This document shows positions 1 to 13,870 of a stretch of DNA of 64,000 nt, piece by piece. The position numbers and the translations under genes are program-made. The notes beneath the pieces are model-generated. The model searched no databases, was not told where the DNA came from, and saw nothing but the letters and a program-made list of their open reading frames with translations. The stretch comes from Mytilus californianus (Eukaryota). Numbering within the stretch: the first letter of the stretch is position 1; every line of letters begins with the position of its first letter. Location of the stretch: the NCBI RefSeq assembly GCF_021869535.1, contig NW_026262666.1:9424001-9488000 (forward strand). Direction: 5' to 3'.

Positions 1-250
1 AACATCACCTATAATTTCAGGTGTGTAAGATGACCTTTTTCATCTTCTTTTCCCTTAAAACATGGTATCCATGGTATCAGGACTTCCGATATTTTCTCAC
101 TATCCTTTTCCAGTAAATTTTTTTAAAAATTCTATTTCACCAAGAATAAGATGGACTATATACATTCATTTATTACGTGACTTTATTACATCTTTTGGTG
201 TTGATGAACCCCTTGCAGTAAGAGTAACAAGCTCATATAAAATTGAATAC

Positions 251-3200
251 CTGTTATCACTATTGGAGACATCTGGCATTGGGTCATTATCACTTTTATC
301 ATTCATATCAGCACTCAGATCTGCCCTCTGTAGATATAAAGTAATAAGTTAAAGGATTCAGAATGTAATGCAATTATATGAAGATTAAAACTAAGCAAGG
401 ATTATGGATAAATATGTACTTATTGTGTCATTTTAATTATAAGCACAAACTAATTTGTTCTTCTCTCATTTCTCCATGATTTATATTTTTACAATTTCTA
501 TTTATAGGTTGCATTTTGTAAATACAGCTGTTTCACAAGCCACGCCTCTTTATGGGAGATATATAATATTCATAGATATTTTAATTTGTTAACGTACTGG
601 TTCCCAGATATGATCTCTGTGTTTCATCTCATAGAGACATAACTTGGGAATGTTACCAGTATAGAAAAACATGGTAGCTCCTAAAATTTAATTCTTAGGA
701 GGTCCAAAAATGGAGGTAGGGGTAGTATAGAATTTTAGTATAAGTTTAAACTCTTAGAGGTTCAGGGCATATAAATGTTGAAAATATGCCGCACAGCCCT
801 ATATTTTGACCTTTGAATAAAATAGTAGTGCATATCAACTTTCCGTTCTGGGATATAATTTTTCACGAAACTTCATAGTAAAAGGGAGTTCCTATGGGAA
901 ATTGCATTGTATATATTTATGGAATTGCAACCTATAGTATTATGGACACCATCTTATTTAGCAAGCAGACATTAATTGTTGAACAATCAAAGTGCTTGTG
1001 AGCACTAAAGGAAAAATATTGCATACATTTTGCAGTAGGAACTTAAAAGTAATTATTGCGCTGTATTAAGCATTGGAGGGCAATACTACAAATTGGAGAT
1101 ATAATTGTAATTGGTTTCAATTAATAAAGGAAGATAACTCCAATTTTAAATATTACTTTTACAATGACATCATTGTTATCTTTAATAGAACAGATGCTAG
1201 ATTCATGCATCATGCACAATTTATGTAATTTTCTTGATGAGTATGGTTATTCACATACGCATCATTACCTAACTTGAATATCTCAGTATATATTTCATGG
1301 ATGATTTTTTTTTAAAGTGTCCATGGAAAGGATTTATAATGTATTCCTTTGCTCTTTGTGTTTTTATTTTTGCTGTGCATGTACTGATTGTGTCATGGAT
1401 GGATACCCTATATCCTTTGTTTTTCTATTTTAGAATACACCTTATCGCTATTTGTCCGCCATTACTGGACATCACACAGGTTCCCGTAAAATTTTGACGT
1501 CATAATACAAAATATCTGACGCCACAATGGAAAAGTGATTGTTGTATGACGTCAATAGTTCAAGCGGGACAGATTCTCGGGTCAGCCGGGAATAGCGATA
1601 AGGTGTATGTTGTGCTCAATGCACTAATGTTTTGTTTATCTCAAAGTAGTGATCAAGTCTGGAACAATGACAAATAATAAGCCAGTCACATAAGAGTTTT
1701 GAATGCATGAATCTTAACCCTAAAAATAGCTATACTTACATAGTTATTTTTGATATCAGGATGTGTATGGTCAATCCCGTCGTCAAGGATACAGATGCTA
1801 ATATTTACACCAGTATAACCGTTCTTCCATGACAGTACAACGTTTAAATCTACATCAACTTCTCCACCTGTCTGGCCATCATTGTGCTGAAAAATGTATA
1901 ACTTGAATTTTAACTACCAGATTAAGTTAAATATTAAGTTTCAACAAATTCCTACTCAAATGATCAGAATGATGGTTAGAGAAAATTTGAGATAAAGTAC
2001 AGTAATGATCATTGTTTTTGTAAAAATGTTTGTAGAACTTTTATGTCACGAATTAATTAACCATGTAGCTTTCTTTTTTGACCCACAGACTATTGCAAAA
2101 AAAAAATTGGACAAGACAGGCGTGCTTATAAGGTAAAAATTACAGAGGCTTTAAAAAAAATAATTTATAAAATGAGTAAACATACTTGAATATAAATAAG
2201 TACTTACAATAAATTTTAATCATAATATAAAAATAAGAATATGTGGTATAATTACAGATGAGACAACCAAAAGATTAGAATGTAAACAACAACAGGTCAA
2301 CATATGACCTTCAACAATGACCATAAGATTTTTTGTGAAAATAGTTGCAAGAAATTGATTTGTTATTTGTAATTAGTAAACAAAAATATACTAACAAGAC
2401 ATTTTTGGTATTTTATTGAAGAAAACAACTAACTTTGAAAGAACTATATCAAACAGTTCTAAATACACAATATTAACGTTATACCATTCCCACAACAATG
2501 AAAGTTGATTCAATTTCTATAGATACTTACCATAACGAAAATAACAAATGTTTAATCTCAACATGTATCTTTTTACTTTTAAAAAAAAAAAAAATCTTTT
2601 TTAAATATTTTTTTTATATCTCAACATGTATCAATACTTACACAATACCACTGATCTTTATAAAAAGGATCATTAAATTTGATCTCCGGATTAGGAATTC
2701 CATCTTTACGAATGAGTCTTTGTGGTTCTGATCGGTAGTAGATAGAGTTGTCTGTGATATGTTTAAACGGTAGTTCTACTTGTTTGTCATGGATTATCTC
2801 CCTTTTAACTCTTATCAGTTCTTTTTGCTGTTCTGCTAATTTCACCTGTAAATTATGTAATAATTAAATACTACTGTAAATTCAGAAATTATTGCATGCA
2901 TTTATTATTGCCATTTATTAAGAAAGGACAAAAATGAAAGGTTTATTGTGATTTCAGGAAAATCTGCATACAGAAGTTGGTATCTGATATCAGAATGCGA
3001 GTTCTTATTATTGTGATACTCACCTAGTCGCATTATTCGCATTAATAAAAACTTAGCAATAATTTCTGAATTTACAGTATTATAGTTTTTTATGGACTAT
3101 TTTTTATTTCTCTTATTTATTTTCAAATTGTATCAAAAGACAATTTTTAAAAGAAGCCCTAAAATGGCCCTTGAAAATTGTGTCACTCTTACATTTTGGT

Positions 3201-4596
3201 ATTGAATATTAAATCATTGCCCTTAAAAATTAAATATTTTGAACGAAAAGTTGGAAATAAAAAAATTTCCCTTATTACTTGTATACTGTGGATTAATTTT
3301 TTTCATGGCCACAACTTTTTTGTGGGTTTTGAAAAAATGTATTTTCAGATACCCGATCATTCATGATTCACCCATGATATTCACAAAAATGAATCAACAA
3401 TAAAATATTTACGATTGACAGTCAAACATAATTAAGGTTGTTAAGCACGCAGGACACATGCAAAAATATTTTTTTTGTCTATTCCTTACTATGTTCAGGT
3501 TAGGTAGGGGCTACTACAATCTTAGACTGTAAACCTACCCTAAAATCTGACCTCAGTTTGTTTACATGATCAACAGAACTTCTTTTTGATCTATGGCTAA
3601 CTTCTTTGTGACGTAAAACTACAAACCCTAGGGATGGTAACTGTAAAACAGGAAATTATATTATGACATATTTCATATGAAGAATTATGGTATAACTCAT
3701 AAGATTTACAAACAATTTTTTTTCATTTCTGCATGTCTTCAAATATTGAAAAAAAGCTGAATTACCATGGCAAAAGCAAGGATCATTATCAAATTTATTT
3801 TTTTTGACACTTGTTTTTTTTTTTAAATGTGTGAGTCTTCCAAGGAAGATGCATGTTGCCTGTTGTCTCAAAATAATATAAAAGACAAGTGTTTGGATGT
3901 CTTCAGAGGCAGTATTTTTTTTTTATCTTTCCAAGGGAAATAACTCCAATTTTTTTTTCTTTTAAACTTTTGTATAAATGTGAGCCATGAGAGGCCTAAC
4001 AACGCAATTTACCATATAATATATAGAAAAATTGGCCTGTTTTCTGCTCTTTGGTCGAGTTGTTGACTCTCTTTGACACATTCCCAATTTCCATTCTCAA
4101 TTTTAAAAAAAGGTGATTAACTCTGATTTTCAAACTCTTCTAAACATTGCTGATATTAAACTCTGAAACAAAGGCTCATAAATATCTGACGAGAGTCCTT
4201 ACAATGCTATTTTGTGGAAATTGGAAGAGGAACGAAATATTCTCCTGATAAAATATAGCATTATATGAATTACTTAATACAATTTAAATAGTTATCATGA
4301 TTATCATCACTTTCATTATCATGTTGTAGTTCAAGAATATTTTTTCAAATCTAGTGGGTTATTTTTTTTACGGTTACTTCTATCATATATAATTATCATT
4401 ATTGAATAAAAAATTCTATTACATCTTCTTCAACTTCAAATCCATGTTCTGCCAGGAGATCGTCTAAAGTGGATCGCTTGTGTAGTTCAACTAGAAACTG
4501 GTTCACGTAGTGTCCATCTTCAGCGTTTAGTGGGTGGGCGTGCAGTAAACATAGACATGCTGCAAACAACACAATCAACTTCTGCATAATCAGCAT
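251..4596 (-). CDS. Kexin/furin-family proprotein convertase (peptidase S8B), 5' part; coding exons 4596-4423, 3640-3539, 2845-2642, 1886-1740, 327-251; gene continues beyond window start
   Basis: All five exons have canonical AG/GT ends and join in frame. Signal peptide MLIMQKLIVLFAACLCLLHA; S8 prodomain HYVNQFLVELH..HGFEVEEDLPSLGFVVLRHKEVSHRSKRS..VKLAEQQKELIRVKR; catalytic start FNDPFYKDQWY; catalytic Asp motif ICILDDGIDHTHPDIKNNY; DMNDKSDNDPMP ending in phase 2 just before the expected HGT (catalytic His) exon. Orthology (PC1/PC2/furin/PC5) cannot be assigned by eye. Confidence 0.93.
1438..1605. mobile_element. MITE, TA target duplication (Tc1/mariner-type), in convertase intron
   Basis: TA|CACCTTATCGCTATT ... 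AATAGCGATAAGGTG|TA; a related copy occurs at 46214-46392. Confidence 0.85.
2874..3077. mobile_element. MITE, TA target duplication
   Basis: TA|CTGTAAATTCAGAAATTATTGC ... GCAATAATTTCTGAATTTACAG|TA; a diverged copy lies at about 27045-27248. Confidence 0.85.
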
Positions 4597-7500
4597 GCTG
4601 AAAACAAATAATAGTCAATGTTTATTTTAATGCTTTATTAACAAATTATTATTATTATCGTAAAAACTAATGAACAATACTGTGAATTCATTAATAATTG
4701 TAGATTTTGTGGCTATAGGTAAATCACGAGTTGAAAGGTTCAACAAACTTTAAATTTTCTATAAGCTTAAATGGAAACTGGCAAAACCATAAAATCAAAT
4801 AGCCATGAAGATACCATTTTTCCTCAATTCATAAAAATAGGTTATCACAAAAATAAATAAATCCACCATAATATATGTTAAATTAGTATTATATAATAAA
4901 CAACTGTAAACAATTAATCAGAATGAACTAACAAATTAACAAGACTTCATATTTATACAGAGGATAAGGGATTGCAATAGATAACTATAAAATTGTGTAC
5001 ATGGTGTAGGTCCAAGGAGGTAGTAATTGATTCTACTGGTGCAATTCGTTTGCTTTATGTCACATTTTCAGATTGAAAGGTCATTTTTAATTTATTTAAT
5101 TTTGATTTATGCTGGTAGGCATCATATTTGTTTTTCGTTTATTGTTTGGTACATAAATCAGGCTGATAAGTTTTCTCATTTGAATTCTTTATAATTGTCA
5201 TTTGGGGGCTTTTTGTAGCTTGTATGGTGACCTATATTAGCTATCTTCTATGTCATTTGGTCTCTAGTGGTGAGTTGTCTCATTGACAATCATACCACAT
5301 CTTCTTACTTTATTTACGTAAAAGCCTAAAAATTTCCCCATTTGGAATTTAGTTTATATAATTCTAATTTCAATTTCTTGTTTTCCTTTTTCTTTTGAGA
5401 TATTTTTTTCTCTTCTTGACCCCCCTTTTCTTACATTTAATGCATATCTATGAATTCACATAAATTCTTTAAAAGCAGTCTTATTGTTTATGATGTACAA
5501 TTTAATAAAACTCCTGTACAAAATAATTAAAAGCTCAATATAATACATGTACATTTGTAATATATAATTAGATAATATGTTCATCATTTCAATGTCAGAG
5601 AAAGCAACCCATTCCATACGAATCTTCATTCTTATTCTAAATTTATTTTTAACCTTCTAAGGTGATATTTTCATATTTCTTTTATTAATGCTATGAGGCG
5701 GCACATTTATAGTAAAAACAGCAGAAAGAAAATAAGAAAAAAGACAAAAAAAAAAAAAAAAACAAACAAACAGAAAAAGTTTTAATAAATTGACCTAAGG
5801 TCAAATGTTATACATGTAAGATTAGTTGCCAATGAACTGTGACATGGTAAATTATAGTTTATCAGATTAAAAGCAACGTCATTAAGAGGTTTTCATGACA
5901 TGCATTTAAAGACAAAGACATCAATGTAAGATTTTACCTACGATAATTTCTTGCATTTCATTGGTTAAAATTACATTTTGCGTGGTACAAAAATTAAAAT
6001 CAATATCTTATATTATACCTCAATATTCTTTCAAACTCTAAGGATAAACAGACTTCATTTGCAGATTAAATGTCCAAGCTATACAAACATGAATTAAAAA
6101 ATCAACAATATGTTGAAGTTTTCTTTTGTGTAATGGCTGAAACAGGTACCCTAATTATTGACATGTAATATATTTATTTGTTAATTTCAATTAAATTAGG
6201 CAAATTTACACTCAAAGGTAAATGTCAAACTTACTGAGAAAATGGGACTAATTAACAAATATTTCAACCAAGTAAATAATCAACAATCATACCTGATTTT
6301 ATACCTGTCCAATTATTTAGAAGGAAGTTGGAGAAATATAAGCATAGGCCATAATAATGATGTAGTAGGTTATTCATATCCCTAGCAACCTCACGAAAAA
6401 GTTTCCCTGATTAAAACTTTTTATCTATCTCTATTTGCAGTTTTTTTTTAATGAAGTCAATGCATATATTTTTTCTCTGCATCAAAAACAAAATCAAAAG
6501 TTTTGATCTTTTCTAAAATTTCCTTTATAAACATGTCAAATAAATAACTTATTTATCTTTTTTTTTGTATTATATATAAAAAAAAAATTGAAGAAAGTCT
6601 AAATTGAAAACAATGTTCAAACCTATGATTGCATTGGATAAAAACCGCAATTTTTATACGTGTGCATGCAAAACAAATTTCTTGTTAGAGGGGTCTCGAT
6701 ACAGCACAAACGACATTTTCCAAAAGACCAAAAAAGTGAAAAAGTATATTTTAACAAAACGCATTTGACTAGTAGGTCGAACAACTGATGTTCTTAAACC
6801 TGGCTGAAAAAAAAAATGTATATATTTGAATATATATAAGTTTTTTCTCGGTTTCAAAAATAAAATAAGGTTTAAAATACAAATCAATATCCATCTACCC
6901 AAATTTAAATATATTGGTATTGATAACGACATTTAACAGCTGAAAGCTTTTTGTTTAATTTGTTACATTATTATGTTTTATCAAAATGGACATAAAATCT
7001 TAAGATAGTATCAAGTCCTCAAAACTTTACTTATCGTGTTAATGCAAGTCTGAGAAAAAGTAAAATATGAAACATGTCAAGGAAGATATGATATTTTAAT
7101 GACTACTTTAAGAAGTCATTAAACATCTATGGTGTTCACGAAAAAACATATCAGTAGCATTTTCAATGAAAATCTCGATGGCAGCATGACTTTACAAGAT
7201 TTCAAAATATCTTCAATCTCTGGTACAAGTTTCTGATCAAATATATGGTATCTTAAAACAATACTCTATCAATATACAGTCTGCACTATTAGCCACTAGT
7301 CCAATGCCTCAGACTAGTAAAACTTTATTCGGACTAGTTAAGTATTTGCAAAATTTTGTTTAGACGCAAGAAAAATATTGGAATATTGGTCTTTGATGCA
7401 GACTGAGTAAATGTATTTAGTATCAAATATTTGTTAATTCTTTGAAGAATTCAGACAGGACCCTAAGGAAATCTATTCAACAGTTCTGATTGTAACAATA

Positions 7501-10388
7501 AGCAACTGACTTTCAAAGAACTTTTCACTTGTATCCATTATTTTGTTTATAATGTTGGAATGAAATTAAAATCTTAATATCTAAATGATCACAACAAAAA
7601 ATATTTGAATAAAAGCTACAAATGTACCAACTTATGATTTAAATTTTCATTTTTTTTATTGCATTGTAAAATTTGTGATAACAAAAAAGGAGTATCAACC
7701 ATCCCAATAACATGTTGTACCCCTCTTTCTGTGAATTTGTTGAATTTTCAATATCTTGATTTCAATTTTTGTTCCTTATATCTTTAATTTTAAAGATACC
7801 CTTTTCAAACTTTTTACAGTTCTTTGGACTTTATTATGTCAAAACATGATTTTTAAATCACTCATTTAAGTAGCAAACTAGAAATTCTGTGTTTCCAGTT
7901 TTTAACCAAAATTTTAAACATACAGGTTTAGTTTATTCTTATTAGTAAAATTTAAAAAAAATCGTAAGGGTTCTGCGGAACCAAGTATCTTGTCTACTTT
8001 TGCTGTTGTCTATGTTTTCCGTGTGATATGTAGTGACGGAATGTAGGATCGCTATGTCTCGATTTTGCGACAAAAGTCGCAGGCTCAACAAAAATGGGGA
8101 AAAAATTAATAAAAATTTTCCTCTAGATACTATCTTTTGATTGTAAGCTTCTGTCCAAGTTGGCTAAAAAAAAAAGATGGTTTATGAATCTAATAAATGC
8201 TTTAAAAACTTTAACTGCAGACTGTATGTAATGTTAACTGGAAGAAAAACTAAGTCCATTTATAAGTAATATACGGAAAAACAGGAAATAAATTTTTACA
8301 AAATTTCCTTCTAGATACTAGCTTTTGATCATAAACAAGCTTCTGTCCAAGTTTGGTAGAAATCCAGGATAGTTTAAGAAAGTTATTAAAATTTTAAAAA
8401 CTTCAACCACAGAGTGAATATTTGTGTACGCCGCCGCTGACGACAGAATGTAGGATTGCTATGTCTTTGATGCAATAATTCATCTGTACATTTTAAATTT
8501 AATGAAAAAAGTTCTTAAATGTAGACTTTACATAATGATCTTATACTTTCTTCACAGATTTTTCCCAGCAGTGGGAGTATTTTTACTGTAAAATTCAAAG
8601 TTTCAGCTTAAAAATTATGTAATAAGTTTTGCTGTTCGTGAGTCAAATTTGACTGTTCGTGGGTAATTAATTAAAAAGTACTTTTTGGAAGAAAATAGAG
8701 GTATGATCGATACATAAACAAGTGATTTTCATGTCATTTTATATAGATGTTGGTTCTGATAATTTTAGCATTATAATTAGTCCCGGGATCATTTGTGTTG
8801 TATATCATGTATATGTAATGTTACAATAAAATTAAGTTCATTGGCGGATCAATGGAGGGTGTTCATGGGGTTGGAACCACCCCTTTTTTCTATTTTTTTT
8901 TTTGGTTAATATGTGAACGTTTCAGGTGTTCTGGGGGTAAGCAACCCCCGGTTTTCAAAATGGCTGAATCCCAGCCTGAAATCACTTAGTCTAGTGATTT
9001 ATTTGTACTACTCAAAAATGTAATAATCAAAGAAAGACCATAGGCTTACTTGCAACATTTCTGGACAAAATGTTACTTTAATAAGTGATTTATGAAATCA
9101 CTCATTTAAGTGATTCCCCTGACTGTCAAAAGATAACATGGCCACAAATTATAGTTGCTAACTTTTGGTATTATATGTCTATGACTGGGTCCAGTCAACT
9201 TTTCTTGGAAGGTAATAATAGCGCATATAGATTTAAATTTTCTTTAAAGCATGTTAGGATTGATTTTATAGATTTACAATATCCTGTACTAAACTGGATG
9301 AAATTAAGAACTTTTTTGAGAAACTTCATAATGATTTGACTCAAAATTTTATTTGGAACTTGTCATATGTTGCACAATTTTCACAATTTAATAGAAAAAA
9401 AAAATCCTAAAATTTCTAGAATGACATGAATGATATCTTTGGTTTTTAGTTTAGCATCCATACATAAGAAACCAAATATGGCAAGACTCCATTTTGAACC
9501 CCCCTTCAGCAATATCTATGCTTATTCCACAAATTCTGTCAAAAAGAGGGGTTCAAAAGGAAGTTTTTTCCACATACAATTTCAGAGATCAAAAACCATG
9601 TACATGAATATCTAAATGAGACACTAAATTAAAAGACATGTTTTTGTGTATGCTGAAAAGCATACATGCAAATGAAACACTTACCAAACCCAAATATTTT
9701 GCTTGTCCAAATTATTCCCTTATATTATCCAATTTCTAGTATCTGTTTATGTGGCAATATGGCAGAATTCAGAGGTATAAAAATATGACGATTCTCTTGT
9801 TATTTAATTTCACAATGAATGGATTTAAATCTTTCAAGTTCATTGAATTCTCTTTTACCTGTGATATGCTTCAATGATTTTACCTACAAATATACCCTTA
9901 ATTTTAAAATGATTGGAAAATTCATCATTAGGTTTATTTATCCACAAAATATATATCCAAAGCAATAACAACTTTAAGAATTCAATATATTTATACAATT
10001 AAGGTTTAAAATGTGATGACAATTTATTGTTTATTTAAAATCTAAAGGACAGAAGCCTCAGGAAGAGATATTATCCAACATACATGTCCTGAGAAAAAAA
10101 AAATACATCTGGTATTTTCAAAAAATTCACAGAAACTGTCAATTATATGTCTTAAAAATGAATTGCAAAATATAAATTTTAAAACATTTTCTTTTTGGTT
10201 TCAATTTTAAAAGTGGTTGCTTGTGTTTTAATATAGTCTGTTTACTGAATATCGACATTGAATTGAATTTTGATTAAGAGGGAAAATGTCCATATATACA
10301 ATGTGCAAGAAAGAAAAATAAGTATACTGACTTCTTAGCCATCAAAATGTTATTAGCAGGAGTTTGTAAATTAAATAGGCTTATTTAA

Positions 10389-10958
10389 GGTTCATGTTGG
10401 ACCCTTTGGCTAAAATGGCTGCGTTTTCAACTCAAAATTTATTCTGAGTACAGACAAACCTGTGCATCTGGAAAAGCTTTAAGACACAGCATGCCCTAGA
10501 TAAATAAAATTCAAATGCATTGTATGTTTTAGAAAATTTAAAATTAACTGGATTTTGCAGTGCACTTTTTTCGTCACCCTGCAGAAGATGATAAAATTAA
10601 CAAACAGTTGAGTTTCATTTGATATGGTCCACTCAGATACACGGTTTATATCACCAATTAGTGTCAGGTATCTTTTGTCCATGTCAATCAATACAGTTCA
10701 CTTCAATTATTACCTGTGGGGAAGTTCTCAAACCTCTTTCACAACTAGTTTATTCTGGCACCTTCTGGAGGAATTAAAAAAGTGCACTGCAAAATCCTGT
10801 GAAGTTTTTAATTTTCTAAAACATAAAATATATTTGAATTTTATTTACCTAGGGCATGCTATGACTTAAAACTTTTCCAGATACACAGGTTTGTCTGTAC
10901 TCAGAGTAAATTTTGAGGTGAAAATGCAGCCATTTTAGCCAAAGGGTCCACACAAACC
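10389..10958. mobile_element. Foldback-type non-autonomous DNA transposon, TTAA target (Kolobok-like)
   Basis: TTAA|GG...CC|TTAA; about 200-bp inverted arms (10389-~10590 vs ~10760-10958), e.g. GGACCCTTTGGCTAAAATGGCTGC / GCAGCCATTTTAGCCAAAGGGTCC. Confidence 0.85.
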
Positions 10959-10997
10959 TTAACATTAGCAAGTTACCATTTGAGATCAGTACAGAGC

Positions 10998-12585
10998 CAG
11001 GGGCGTAGTTACCATTAAGCATGACAGCATGTGCATCCACGTCACTTTCACCAAAAAAAACCAAAAAAACACACTGAGAGAGAGAGAGGGACAAGGTTAA
11101 CTTATAGGAATTGGTCTTTCTATGTTTGCATTTTAAAAACTACACAAAAAGCAAGAGGAATAAGCATGCAGCATAATTTTAATCCTGTAAGACATGTATG
11201 TGTACCATCATAAATACATACAACTGGTGTAAACATAGCGGAAGTTTTTATATTATGGACATTGTTTAGAAAAGTCAGCTACATAGTTGTCGGTACCACC
11301 ACCATAACGTATACTCGCCTTGAGTGCAAAAAAACAACAAATAATTCCTTTAGGGTTAACAAAAAATCTTGAAAATTAGTATTTTCTGCTTTGCCCCAAA
11401 GCACACATCTTACTAGAACGAAAACTGTTCAACTCGTATCGATCCGGGAATAACGACTGTTACCTTGTGAACTAGTTCAAAATTGACGAAGTATGTAGGT
11501 CTTGACAACACGAATACTTCATTTGCACATCACGTCAACGTATTCTCGTCCTGGTGTGCATGTAATATTTGCTACTGGACATTAATAACCATTCAATCAA
11601 TCAATATAGTTTCCGTAAACTAATAGATGAGAAGTTGGAACGGCTGTTATTATAAAAAAAAGTACACATTTTCCAGTACATGTATTACGTTTTTATTTAT
11701 TTTACAAAAAAATATCTTGTATATAGATTCGATAATCCGAAGTCAGTTCTATATGAATGGACTGCCTATACCAATATTTGATTGTAAAAGCATTTAAACA
11801 AATTTTTAGTTCTTACTTGTTTTACTGGACTATTTGGTCCATTTTATAATGAATTTTCTGTTCGAGTGGGACACTTAACTGCTGATTCTTGTTCGAACGA
11901 AACACCAAACTTTAAATACACGTATCTTCACTGTTATCATCTAGATATTGCAATACAACTTGTCGAATGCATATGTATTTGTTGATAAGCTGGATAATTA
12001 ACAAACGCAGATCATGAAAAAGATCGTGATCAAAGTATCATTCCCTCTGAAAAGGTTCATTAATTTCAACTTCGATAATTTCTAACTGCATAAAATAAGA
12101 AATTCCTCTCTCTCTCTCTTGTAGAGTTTACCCACAGAATTTTAAACATCTAAATACATATGTTTAGCAAAGTATTTGGTATCCAAAGATGTTTATGCTA
12201 TCAAATTCCACATGTAGTATTGTGTTTATGTTTATTGTTTTTTTTTATCCATCTACTTTGCTCAATACAAATACTAGCATATGGAACAAACCTCTGTGAT
12301 TTTAAAAGCTCTCACGGCTTACAAAAAACGCAACGACAATGTTTAGTCTTCATTCAACTCGAAATTAAACAAAAAGTTGACCAAAAATCCACAACAAAAA
12401 TGTACAAGTTTTATTACGGTTGTGATTGTTATGAAACGCTATATATGCGGATCTTTTGGGGGGCATTGCCCCCTAGCCCCCTACCAGGGCTTTGCCCTGG
12501 ACTTACTGGGGGCCTTAGGCGGCCCCCAGACCACTCACCCTTTAGTTTGTGATTCCACTTCATTAAGAAGGTAGCTACGCCCCTG
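10998..12585. mobile_element. Non-autonomous hAT-like element (1.6 kb) with 5-bp target duplication
   Basis: TIRs CAGGGGCGTAGTTAC / GTAGCTACGCCCCTG (14 of 15 match), flanked by AGAGC on both sides (10993-10997, 12586-12590). No transposase ORF inside. Confidence 0.75.
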
Positions 12586-12827
12586 AGAGCGGACATTCTA
12601 AGTTATGATGATTACCAGAGCTAGGCTTCCTTTTGAACCCCCTTCGTGTATGTCTATGCTTAATTCATCAACAGAAAGGGGGTCCAAGGGAACACTGACA
12701 TACCCTCTATCTGACATCAAATTCACATTTAGTTTATACTATGGGAAATTTATTGGAATAAATGGAGGTTTTTGTTTAATTTTATATAGTTGAATGACAT
12801 CACACCAGAACTGGGCTATTTTATTAA

Positions 12828-13800
12828 GGCACTGGCTACGGTTACATGGAAATGTAACAATAATAAAAATATTATTGTTACATTGGAGACTAATTGCCGG
12901 AATACAGGGTTGGGTAAGGATCCGATTAATTACGAATGTAACAATAATTATTGAGTCTACGGTTACATTGCTTTATTGTTACATTAATGCACTTTAATGT
13001 ACGGTAGATTAATAAAACGTAAATCTTCTATAGTTGTGTTGCTTATTTTTTTTCGCCAATTAGAATGAAATTACTATCACAAAATATCTGGACTCTGAAA
13101 ATGAAAACACCGAATTCACCAGTTTCAACATGTCGGCAAATTGCCTTCACAATTGACTTGTATTTTTATGTTCTATTGGGTTTTTTCAGCTATGATAAGT
13201 TGGATATAGAAATCGGAGGTGAACATAAAATCAGTAATGGACGGTAATGAAATCATATTACAACCACACATTATATATATATGCTTCCAACAAAAAGATT
13301 GGACGAAAATATAAACATCGCAACAAGGATTTATATATACAAATCCTTGATCGCAAGAGTAAAAACATATTGAAAGTTTCTTTAACTTTAAAAAAGTATA
13401 ATACAGAATGGAATTGTACAGTATGAAATACAGACAAGCAAATTGCTGCATCACTCGTTTGTGATGGCTGGATTCGTCGGACTAAAACATGCTCCCCAAA
13501 ACAACATATTGGATTTGTAGAAACTGAAAAATTGCAAATGAAATTTTAAAAATTGTATGCAATTTTGTAAAATTCAAATAAAACTTTTCAAGTTTTATTT
13601 TATTACATATTACTAGTCACCCAGCGTACATTGAAGTGAATTAATGTAACAATAACGCAGTGTAACCGTAAACTCAATAACTATTGTTACATTCGTAATT
13701 AATCGGTTCCTTACCCAACCTTGCATTCCAGCAATTAGTCTCCAATGTAACAATAATATTTTTATTATTGTTACATTTCCATGTAACCATAGCCAGTGCC
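12828..13800. mobile_element. Non-autonomous Mutator/MULE-like foldback element with 9-bp target duplication
   Basis: About 175-bp inverted arms starting GGCACTGGCTA(C/T)GGTTACATGGAAATGTAAC; perfect 9-bp direct repeat TTTTATTAA at 12819-12827 and 13801-13809. Confidence 0.88.
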
Positions 13801-13870
13801 TTTTATTAAAGTAACATGTCAATTATCTATTTCAAAAAGGGATTATTTAAACCCTGGTTATAGGCTTTAA

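Noticed and set aside
62-352. 96-aa plus-strand ORF
   Set aside because: Antisense shadow of a convertase exon (327-251) plus intron; no motif.
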